The notes beneath the pieces were generated by a model that did no database searches, was not told where the DNA came from, and was given only the letters and a program-made list of their open reading frames with translations. 64,000 nucleotides of DNA from Planctomycetota bacterium. Its GTDB lineage: Bacteria; Planctomycetota; GCA-002687715; DRQF01. The stretch covers positions 96,001 through 160,000 of the forward strand of contig JAZGFI010000103.1 in assembly GCA_036479435.1 (NCBI GenBank). Direction: 5' to 3'. Positions 56,417-64,000 of the stretch are shown piece by piece. Both the position numbers and the translations under genes were made by a program. Every line of letters starts with the position of its first letter. The stretch's first letter is position 1.

Positions 56417-56992
56417 CTGCTAAACCTCAAATCTGATACCGACCTAGAGTGGGCGACACGTGCCCTCGCTGGTTTCGACGAAGTTCTCCTGGACCACGCC
56501 CACTGCGAAAAGAAGGCCGCATCAACGGCCCTCAACTTGATTTTTCGCTACACCCAATTCCCCGAGTTTATGCAACCTTTGTCTGAATTGGCGCGCGAGG
56601 AGTTGGCTCACTTTGAACTCGTCCTCGACCACTTGAACCGCCGCCACATCCCCTTTCGTCGCCAAGACCCCAGCCCCTACGCCGCCGACCTAATGACCTG
56701 CATCCGCAAAGAAGAGCCCCACAAACTGCTCGATACTTTTTTGTGTTGCTCGCTCATCGAAGCGCGCAGCTGCGAACGCATGCAAATCCTGGCGGAAGTC
56801 TTGGAGGACCAAGAGCTAAAGAATCTCTACAGTGGACTGTTAGCGAGCGAAGCGCGCCACCACTCCACCTACATCAATCTTGCGGCCTGCAAATTTGACC
56901 GCGAAGAAGTCATGACGCGCCTGGCCGAAATTGCCGTGCACGAAGCCGCGGTGATCGCCGCGGCTCCCAAGATCCCCCGATTCCATACCTAA
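56417..56992 (+). CDS. miaE: tRNA-(ms2io6A)-hydroxylase (ferritin-like di-iron enzyme)
   Basis: DHAHCEKKAA, EELAHF, IEARSCER and SEARHH motifs. Start uncertain (CTG 56417, GTG 56402 or ATG 56354). Confidence 0.92.
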   Translation: MLNLKSDTDLEWATRALAGFDEVLLDHAHCEKKAASTALNLIFRYTQFPEFMQPLSELAREELAHFELVLDHLNRRHIPFRRQDPSPYAADLMTCIRKEEPHKLLDTFLCCSLIEARSCERMQILAEVLEDQELKNLYSGLLASEARHHSTYINLAACKFDREEVMTRLAEIAVHEAAVIAAAPKIPRFHT

Positions 56993-58551
56993 TCGCAATT
57001 GACGGGAACTGGCATGCGCCCGGCCGCGGCGAGATCTCCGGCTAAGCAGTCCACCATCGCTTCAAGCTGATCCTGCCGGAATCCGAAAGTCGTCAGCGAT
57101 GTGATGCCGTTAGGTGTTAAGGACTGATCGCAGGGATTTCGGAGGTGAACGACGATGAGTTTCTCGCCGAACTCAACGCAGGCTCGCTTCAAGAATTCTT
57201 GGGCTTGCGGCTGAGTCATGAATCCCCAGGTCAACAACAGCACTCGGTCTGCGGCCCTAGCGTCGACGGCGAAGGCGTTCCACAGCTCAAGCGAGCGACT
57301 CGGCGTCCCTGCGTCAAATTCAAGCAAGTGAACGGCGACGTCTTCAAACCCACCCTTTTGAAAAAGTTCGCCCAGTTGAGTTTTCCATTGCTGCGGTCCC
57401 TTGTCTTCAACCTTAACCAGTGCAGGTGTTGGCGGGGACACCACGAGGAGTTTGGCGTTGCGTTCGATAGGCAATAGCCCACGAGAGTCGCCAAAGCAAT
57501 GAAGGGCACTACGGGCGATCTCGCGCGCCACGGCGTCGCCATGGGTCGTGCCAATCGGCCCGACTGAACACCGTTCACGATTTGCCATTGCCGCGATTCG
57601 AGAGAGGCTCTCTTGGTGCTCTTCAGAATCCAACACGCCCGATGCAAGCGCTCGCTCAAGTCGCTCCGCAGCGGCCAACTGGCGATCGGCGCGATGACAA
57701 ATCGGTATGAGATCGTGGCCCGCCTGAGCTGCCGCCAGCGAAGCCTCAGCCACGCCCCAATGTTTGACAATGGCGCCCATCTCCATGCAATCGGCCAGGG
57801 TCAGGCCAGTGAAGCCGATCTGTTCGCGCAGGATCTGGGTTATCACCCTTCGAGACATCGTGGCGGGTCGGTCGGGATCAAGCCCCTTCACCACGATGTG
57901 CGTACTCATCACCGCCGTGGTGGCGGGGTCACAGGTCTTGAGTACCTCGCTGAACATCTCCACATGAGGGTGCCAGAAACTGTCAAGGTCGTCGCTGAGC
58001 ACCGGGAGGTCTAAATGTGCGTCGATACCAGCGGCCCCTTTGCCGGGAAAATGTTTCAGGCAACAAGAGATGCCGGCCTCGGCGTGGCCCAAGACGTAGG
58101 CCTTCGCCAAGAGCAACGCGGCCTCTAGTTGTGAACCAAAGGACCGAATGCCGATCCCAGGGTTTTTGGGATTAGTCTGAAGATCGATGACGGGGGCCAG
58201 GTTGAGATCGAAGCCGAGAGCTCTCAGCTGGCGACCCGACCACAGTCCTTGCTCATAAGCGAGCTTAGGATCAGCGGCGGCCCCCAAAGCCATGTTGCCG
58301 GGGAAGACCGTGATCCCCTGCGTCAAACGTAATACCGCCCCACCCTCTTGATCGACGGCGATGATGAGGGGCCAATCAACGGGGTCTCTTATCGCTGTGA
58401 TCAAGTCGTAGGCTTGCGCGGCGTGAACTAAGTTGCGGGAGAACAGGATGACCGAACCCGCCCCGGTACGTCGCAAGGTTTCGATGAAAGATGCCGACGG
58501 TTCCAAGCCGTCGAAACCGATCATCAGGCGGCGACCCGCCTTAGTGCTCAA
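56989..58551 (-). CDS. nagZ: GH3 beta-N-acetylhexosaminidase
   Basis: ILFSRN, VDQEGG, NLAPVID, KHFPG.G...D.H and DCMEM motifs. TTG start at 58551 overlaps the symporter end. Confidence 0.88.
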   Translation of the reverse strand: MSTKAGRRLMIGFDGLEPSASFIETLRRTGAGSVILFSRNLVHAAQAYDLITAIRDPVDWPLIIAVDQEGGAVLRLTQGITVFPGNMALGAAADPKLAYEQGLWSGRQLRALGFDLNLAPVIDLQTNPKNPGIGIRSFGSQLEAALLLAKAYVLGHAEAGISCCLKHFPGKGAAGIDAHLDLPVLSDDLDSFWHPHVEMFSEVLKTCDPATTAVMSTHIVVKGLDPDRPATMSRRVITQILREQIGFTGLTLADCMEMGAIVKHWGVAEASLAAAQAGHDLIPICHRADRQLAAAERLERALASGVLDSEEHQESLSRIAAMANRERCSVGPIGTTHGDAVAREIARSALHCFGDSRGLLPIERNAKLLVVSPPTPALVKVEDKGPQQWKTQLGELFQKGGFEDVAVHLLEFDAGTPSRSLELWNAFAVDARAADRVLLLTWGFMTQPQAQEFLKRACVEFGEKLIVVHLRNPCDQSLTPNGITSLTTFGFRQDQLEAMVDCLAGDLAAAGRMPVPVNCD

Positions 58552-60091
58552 GCGGTGGCCTCCTGGGGTCCGCGGGAAACGCCGCCGCGACGGCGAAGGC
58601 AAAGGCACAACCTAAAAGGCTGTTCCAAGTCCACGCGAAGGGAGGTGCGGAGGAGAAAAAACTCGACCAAAACTCTACGAAAAGCAGCCCAGAGATCCCG
58701 CCCAGCAAGGCAACGACGTTGCCGAGGTCACGGCCCCGTTTGGTCAAGACTCCGACCAAAAACACTCCCAAGAGCGGTGGGAAGATCCAAGTCAGAACTT
58801 TGAGTCCCAACATCAACACGCCGAAGCCTTCACGTTCCCCTCCCGAACCTTGTGAGAGCCACACGAAAAAGGCAACCGCTGACAAGAGCAGCCCGAAAAA
58901 GATCGACATCCAACGCGAAACCTTGAGGTAGTAAGCCTCGTTGCGCCCCGGCGCCAAATAGGGCTTCCAAAGGGAGGTCACACCCGTTGCGGCGAGCGCG
59001 GTGATCGCCGAATCCAAACTCGACATCGCGGCGGCAAAGATCGCCGCCACGATCAGACCTCTGATTCCAGCGGGTAAAGTGTCAACGACATAAAAGGGGA
59101 AGAGGTAATCAAATCCCTTCTCGGGATTGCTCTCTCCGGCGCGCTCCGCCAGTCCCGCTGCGGCCGAAGCTGCGCCCTCGTCCCCACCGAAGTGAATCCA
59201 CAACATCGACCCAATGGCCAAGAAAATCGTGACGACAGGCAGTGCGAGCACCGCGCTCAACCACAAACTACGGCGCCCATCCTTTTCGCTTTTGCAGGTC
59301 AAAGCGCGCTGAATCATGTCCTGATCGGTGCCGTGCGTGGCCATGGTCAAAAACATCGACCCAATGATTCCCGCCCAAAGCGTGTAGCTCTCTCGAGGAT
59401 CGAGGGAGAAGTTGAGTACGCGCAGTTTTGATTCGCCCGCGCTGCTCTTGGCTTCGCGGAGCTTTTCGTAAGCCTCCACGAACTCAAATCCGCCCTCGGA
59501 AAAGAGATACCAAAGGGCGACCAGGGCGCCGCCCACCAAAAGGACTCCCTGTACGATATCTGTCCAAATCACGGCCCGGATACCACCGCCGATGGTGTAG
59601 AGCACTGCGACCACGGCGATCAAGGCAATGGCGAGGGGAAAGTCAAGGTCCGCTACGACCACCAAGGCGATCGCCGCCCCGTAGAGTCTCACTCCGCTTC
59701 CGAGTGACCGGCCGACAAAGAACAGAAAGCTGGCGAGATTTCTCGACCAGGGGCCGAAGCGCTGTTCCAAAAACCCGTAGACCGTCACGACGTTCGCGCG
59801 GTAGTAGGCGCCGATCAAGATCCCCGCCACCGCAAAGCGAGCCAAGACTGAGCCCAAAGCTAATTGAAGATAGGTCCAGTCGCCGCGCAGAGACTGAACC
59901 GGCGCCCCGATGAAAGTAAGCGCACTGGTTTCAGTGGCGATGATCGACAAACCGGCGGCCCAAAAGGGAATCTGCCGTCCGCCTAGAAAGTAGTCGTTAG
60001 TATTTTTTTGGCCGCGGCCAAACCAAAGGCCAACGGCGGAGACGAGCGCCAGGTAGGAGCCGATTACAAAGTAGTCTAGGGGACTGAGCAC
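58541..60091 (-). CDS. Sodium:solute symporter (SSS family)
   Basis: DYFLGGR, SIIATETSALTFIG, GGIRAVIWTD, GTDQDMIQR and AAAMSSLDS motifs, about 13 TM helices. Confidence 0.93.
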   Translation of the reverse strand: MLSPLDYFVIGSYLALVSAVGLWFGRGQKNTNDYFLGGRQIPFWAAGLSIIATETSALTFIGAPVQSLRGDWTYLQLALGSVLARFAVAGILIGAYYRANVVTVYGFLEQRFGPWSRNLASFLFFVGRSLGSGVRLYGAAIALVVVADLDFPLAIALIAVVAVLYTIGGGIRAVIWTDIVQGVLLVGGALVALWYLFSEGGFEFVEAYEKLREAKSSAGESKLRVLNFSLDPRESYTLWAGIIGSMFLTMATHGTDQDMIQRALTCKSEKDGRRSLWLSAVLALPVVTIFLAIGSMLWIHFGGDEGAASAAAGLAERAGESNPEKGFDYLFPFYVVDTLPAGIRGLIVAAIFAAAMSSLDSAITALAATGVTSLWKPYLAPGRNEAYYLKVSRWMSIFFGLLLSAVAFFVWLSQGSGGEREGFGVLMLGLKVLTWIFPPLLGVFLVGVLTKRGRDLGNVVALLGGISGLLFVEFWSSFFSSAPPFAWTWNSLLGCAFAFAVAAAFPADPRRPPLEH

Positions 60092-60102
60092 CTGCGTTCA
60101 GT

Positions 60103-61926
60103 CTATCCGAGTAGCAGAGGGACGGGTCGTCCCCACTGTTGGCTGGGATCTTCGACGCGAACTTCGTCATCTCCACGATCGCGGAATAAATGGAGAACGC
60201 GGGCACGCCCAACACCGTCGTAGTGGGGCTCAGGATAGACCTTCGATGCAAAAGGCTCATCAAAATCGAAAACGTGGAGGATCGCTCTCATGCCGGGAAC
60301 CCCGCTAAGATCGCGCTCACTGAGCCCCCTTTTCCCGCCGTGCATATCGTAGACGTCAAACATGATGCGAAGAGCCCTCCGCAAATGTCGATACTTAACA
60401 CCGCGTTCGACGTAGATAATGTCGATCTCAAGCGCCTGCATCACCTCATAAAAGTGTCGCCGAGCTCCGATGGGCATCGCCTTGCGATACTCCGGGCCCA
60501 GGGTCTGCGATCTCCAGGTGAGTTTGTCATCGCCTACCCGTTCGCGACCTTCGTCGCGCGTGAGCCCAGGAGAAAACCAGTGGTGAGGCGCCAATAGCAC
60601 TCCTTCTCCAGATTCGAGCTGCGCCTGCGGCACACTTTTCCACAGTTTCTCGAGGCTTCTAAAGAACGACCGCCGGCGCAGGATTTGGCTGCGCCGCAAC
60701 AGGCGTTCTCTCAGTTTGGGATTGGCGCAGTCCTCCAGAGACACTCTTAGAGGCCAGGACTCTTGAAACTGAAAGTCCTCCGCCGCCGATGACAAAACAA
60801 ACTCGACTTCATCCTCACGGCGATCGGCTCCGTCAACTCGAAATTTCATTCCGAGTTTGTCCAAGGCCTTTTCGGCGTCGGCCACTTTCAATCCTGGCTC
60901 AACAACGCAGCGTAGCGATGGCGGGTGGGCATTAGCTGGGTTGTGTCGTCGGCCTGGCAAGACCATCCTCACCACGACTGAACACCACAACACTGAGGTG
61001 GTGGCGGCGACCCAAGCGAGGATCATCCCGAAAAATGAGGTCACGGGCATCACTGGAAAGACCTGACTATCCCAGCCTCTAAGGAGAATGTGCCCGCTAC
61101 CGAGGAGGGCGACAACCAAAGGCACCGCAACCAAAATCGTACTATGCAGTGCCAAGAACCAGCTCCAGTCGGCAACGCAGCGCGAAGCCCCTTCACCCTC
61201 CTCAGTCTTTTTCCAAGCGAAATCGAGTTTCGGGCCGCCCGGCAACAGCAACATGGCCATCGTGGCAAGCCACGCGACCGCGGAAACCAGCGGTGCCACG
61301 GTCGGTACCAGCACAAATCCCACAAAGGCGATCATCAACAAAAAGGCGGGCGCTATCCAACTGGGGACTTTCGACTTGGCGGCACCGCGCTGGTTTTCAT
61401 ACTCGCGCAACAAAGTCAGGGAAAACAACAAGGCGACACCAGCACAGCCAACCATGAGCGTCCATAGAACGAGGAGCAGGCTTAGGTAGCCGACGTAAAA
61501 AATGTCGCTAATCCCCGTCCGCAAATCGACCGGCACCCAGAGTGCGTAGGCATAGAGAACGGGGACCGCCGCTAAAAGAATGGCGGTCGGCTTCCACTGG
61601 CCGGGCGGCAATCCGCGCTCCAGCTCGGGCTGTCGCCGCAAATCGGCCTCCAGATCGCACCATTTTTGAGCGACCCTCAAGGCTTTAGTTTGGAAACGAT
61701 TTTTGGCCGCGATGAGCAAACGGCGGCTCCGCCTGCCGTCCCGAAACAGGAGCGCTGAAAACAGGAGGCCGAGGCAAATGGCCGCCAATCCGTCTTCAAA
61801 ATCGTTTTCGGCGAACCTCCCGAGGACCTCAAGCGCGGCGAGGCCGAGGGCAAAAAGCACCCAGAAGCCGCTCTTGCCTCGAACCTCTTTGGGCCAGCTC
61901 AAAATAAGATCGGGAAGGACTTTCAT
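60103..61926 (-). CDS. Hypothetical polytopic membrane protein with soluble C-terminal domain
   Basis: About 8 TM segments in the N-terminal half and a roughly 280-aa soluble C-terminus. Start at ATG 61926 (ORF extends to 61947). Confidence 0.7.
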   Translation of the reverse strand: MKVLPDLILSWPKEVRGKSGFWVLFALGLAALEVLGRFAENDFEDGLAAICLGLLFSALLFRDGRRSRRLLIAAKNRFQTKALRVAQKWCDLEADLRRQPELERGLPPGQWKPTAILLAAVPVLYAYALWVPVDLRTGISDIFYVGYLSLLLVLWTLMVGCAGVALLFSLTLLREYENQRGAAKSKVPSWIAPAFLLMIAFVGFVLVPTVAPLVSAVAWLATMAMLLLPGGPKLDFAWKKTEEGEGASRCVADWSWFLALHSTILVAVPLVVALLGSGHILLRGWDSQVFPVMPVTSFFGMILAWVAATTSVLWCSVVVRMVLPGRRHNPANAHPPSLRCVVEPGLKVADAEKALDKLGMKFRVDGADRREDEVEFVLSSAAEDFQFQESWPLRVSLEDCANPKLRERLLRRSQILRRRSFFRSLEKLWKSVPQAQLESGEGVLLAPHHWFSPGLTRDEGRERVGDDKLTWRSQTLGPEYRKAMPIGARRHFYEVMQALEIDIIYVERGVKYRHLRRALRIMFDVYDMHGGKRGLSERDLSGVPGMRAILHVFDFDEPFASKVYPEPHYDGVGRARVLHLFRDRGDDEVRVEDPSQQWGRPVPLLLG

Positions 61927-62056
61927 CGGCCTTTGCCTGGGACCCAATTGACGTTGAAGAATCTTACTCTAAGTGCCAGGTGGGTCGTAAAGTAAATTCG
62001 CGTCCTCGCGAAGAGACCCAGAGATAGGCCGCGGGCCGCGATGCGCGACCCATTAG

Positions 62057-62638
62057 CTAACGAGGTAACTCAACCGGCGAACCACTTCCCACATTGATCG
62101 TCGGTCTGAGCTCGACTTTAACGACGACCCAAGTTCCGTCTCTCTCAACAATTTCGGCGTTTACGAGCCAAGTGTCCACCAAGGGGACGGTATTGGATTT
62201 CTCCAAATTGCCCCGAGCCCAAGTAGCGAAAAAAGACACCCAGTGCCCCTTGGCCGACTCACCGAAACGATGCGGATGAGTGGCAAAGACCGGGAGTCGG
62301 TCGCCTCGTTGCTGCAGAAAAGAGATCAAAGACTTGGCGTCCGTGACTTCAGCGGGGCCGCCGATGACTTTGAGATCCTCGGCAAGGAGTGGCTCAATGT
62401 CCTCCCATTTTCCTTCTCGCATCATCCACGCGATGTTTTTTGGATGTTCAAACCACTTGGTATCGACATTCGTGAAGTGGTCGAAGGCGACTTTGGCGAC
62501 TAGTACCGCCGCCAATATTGCCGCCATGATCAGTAACTTTTTCCAAAGAAGGCGGTTGCCTTTGTCCTTGCGTTCAAAGGCCTCAAGTTTTGCCCTTGCT
62601 GATCCGGATCGAGGGTCTGGTTTTTTGGCTTCGTTCAT
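62057..62638 (-). CDS. Membrane-anchored hypothetical protein, possibly NTF2/SnoaL-like
   Basis: One TM segment, 'WEDIEPLLAED' and C-terminal 'ERDGTWVVVKVE'. 4-bp overlap with thiD. Confidence 0.6.
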   Translation of the reverse strand: MNEAKKPDPRSGSARAKLEAFERKDKGNRLLWKKLLIMAAILAAVLVAKVAFDHFTNVDTKWFEHPKNIAWMMREGKWEDIEPLLAEDLKVIGGPAEVTDAKSLISFLQQRGDRLPVFATHPHRFGESAKGHWVSFFATWARGNLEKSNTVPLVDTWLVNAEIVERDGTWVVVKVELRPTINVGSGSPVELPR

Positions 62639-63429
62639 TGCAGTCCATCAAAAACTAAGACGCGGCGACCTTGGCCGGCCGCGTCTAGCGGGCGCGCGCG
62701 GCCGATCGCATTCGAAACGTATGCCTTCGCCGCCTTGAGCGCCGAAAAAGGAGACTGACCCGGTTTCAAAAATGCCGCCGTCGCGGCGGAAAAAGCACAA
62801 CCGGTACCGTGCGGAGACGGTCCGGGGTGGCGCTCGCCTTCCATGTATTCCGAGACTCCAAGACCCGAAACGAAGTCTCGAGCTTTGGGTTCATTGCGAT
62901 CACCGCCCGTGATACAAATCCAATCAGCTCCGGCTTTTTGAAGGGCCGCGGCGCATTCCTCATGGGTTCCCGCCGCCGAAGCGACCTGGAGACTAAGTCT
63001 CACCGCCTCGTCCCAGTTTGGCGTCAACACGGTGGTCCGTGGCAGGAGTCTTTTTAGCAGCACACGCAGCCCGGACGGCTCAAGCAAGTGAGTTCCTGAA
63101 GAAGCCGAAAGCACCGGGTCGTGTACTAAGGGGATGTTCCCCGCCCAGCGTTGCAAGCCTTCCGCTACGGCCTGCGCGACGTCGGCGTTAGCCACCATTC
63201 CCAGCTTGATCACCGACGGCGGATGGGCCTCAAAGAGCGCCTGCATACGGTCGGAAACCAGTTGAGGGTTGACGGGCTTCACATCTTTGACTTCGTCGGC
63301 ATTCTGAACGGTCAAGGCCGTCGCGATCGCCATCCCGTGAATTCCAAGGGATTGCCATACCCGAAGGTCTTGCTCGATTCCGGCTCCCCCTGACGGGTCC
63401 GAACCAGCGATGGTCAAGGCGAGTTTCAT
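62635..63429 (-). CDS. thiD: Hydroxymethylpyrimidine/phosphomethylpyrimidine kinase
   Basis: TIAGSDPSGGAGI, TALTVQN, DPVL, TPN..EA and HGTGC motifs. Confidence 0.93.
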   Translation of the reverse strand: MKLALTIAGSDPSGGAGIEQDLRVWQSLGIHGMAIATALTVQNADEVKDVKPVNPQLVSDRMQALFEAHPPSVIKLGMVANADVAQAVAEGLQRWAGNIPLVHDPVLSASSGTHLLEPSGLRVLLKRLLPRTTVLTPNWDEAVRLSLQVASAAGTHEECAAALQKAGADWICITGGDRNEPKARDFVSGLGVSEYMEGERHPGPSPHGTGCAFSAATAAFLKPGQSPFSALKAAKAYVSNAIGRARPLDAAGQGRRVLVFDGLQ

Positions 63430-64000
63430 GGCTTTTCGATTCCCTCTTCTTCAAACAGTGGTGCCGCGTCCTCGTGGACCGGATCAAAACATTTGCGACA
63501 GCGGGCCTCGTAGGTGTCGACTCCGCCCAAAACAACAATGTCCCCGCCGGCGCGCAAACGTTGATTGCGGTGTGCGGGGTTGCCGCAGCACATGCAAATC
63601 GCGAGATTTTTGGTGACATACTCAGCCTCGACCATCATACGCATCATCGTCTCGAAGGGGACGCCGAGAAAATCCTGATCGAGACCCGCCACGATGACGC
63701 GCCGACCTTCGGCGGCCAGTTCTTTGGCGACGCGGACCGTGTCAAGGTCGAGGAACTGCGCTTCATCAATAGCCACAATTTGGACGTCGTCATCCAAGTG
63801 ATCAAAAATCTCGGCCCCGCGGGTCACGACGGTCGATTCGATAGCACGACCGTTGTGAGAAACAACCTTGGTTTCGTCGTACCTCACATCAATCGACGGC
63901 TTAAAGATGTGGACGCGCTGTTTTGCGTACTGGGCCCGCGTGATGCGTCGGATGAGTTCTTCGGTCTTGCCGCTGAACATCGAGCCGCAAATCACCTCAA
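63426..64000 (-). CDS. tdk: Thymidine kinase (5' end beyond the window)
   Basis: CGSMFSGKTEELIRR, AIDEAQF, AGLDQDF and zinc-binding C..C / YEARCRKC motifs. Confidence 0.96.
   Translation of the reverse strand, partial: EVICGSMFSGKTEELIRRITRAQYAKQRVHIFKPSIDVRYDETKVVSHNGRAIESTVVTRGAEIFDHLDDDVQIVAIDEAQFLDLDTVRVAKELAAEGRRVIVAGLDQDFLGVPFETMMRMMVEAEYVTKNLAICMCCGNPAHRNQRLRAGGDIVVLGGVDTYEARCRKCFDPVHEDAAPLFEEEGIEKP

Noticed and set aside
1..64000. tRNA, rRNA, integrase, transposase or prophage genes
   Set aside because: No cloverleaf-like or rRNA-like segments or mobile-element motifs were recognised by eye; a tRNAscan/Infernal run would be needed to exclude them formally.

Overview
GC-rich bacterial chromosomal window, most likely from a Planctomycetota (PVC) genome, judged from its gene repertoire (many exported HEAT, TPR and carboxypeptidase-regulatory-like repeat proteins, an ECF sigma/anti-sigma pair, a eukaryote-type UDP-GlcNAc pyrophosphorylase, a tricorn-like protease). 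This taxonomy is an inference. The backbone is housekeeping: dxr-rseP-ubiA-like, CCA-adding enzyme, thiL/thiE/thiD, ddl, rpmF-plsX-fabH-fabD-fabG-acpP-fabF, recA, miaE, nagZ with a sodium:solute symporter, and tdk. No rRNA, tRNA, CRISPR array or transposase was seen. Two selenium-related signals stand out. (1) A secreted protein gene (43302-44492) reads ...FGGS-TGA-TGA-GALTPV... in frame, with a SECIS-like hairpin 11 nt after the first TGA, 47 further sense codons, a TAA and then a strong terminator. It is a candidate selenoprotein with two adjacent selenocysteines that the ORF track truncates. (2) A translationally coupled methyltransferase, YdjC/ChbG deacetylase and SenB-like glycosyltransferase operon (49997-52661), without senA, is a candidate for a methyl-selenosugar (or thiosugar) pathway. 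Other oddities include a 3x53-bp palindromic tandem repeat overlapping the dxr promoter, a pilin-like gene coupled to a tandem dynamin-like GTPase pair, a lower-GC two-gene islet with an HExxH protein, a structured thiL leader, a hairpin hiding the recA Shine-Dalgarno, and two probable pseudo-enzymes. All family assignments come from motif reading and recall, not database searches.
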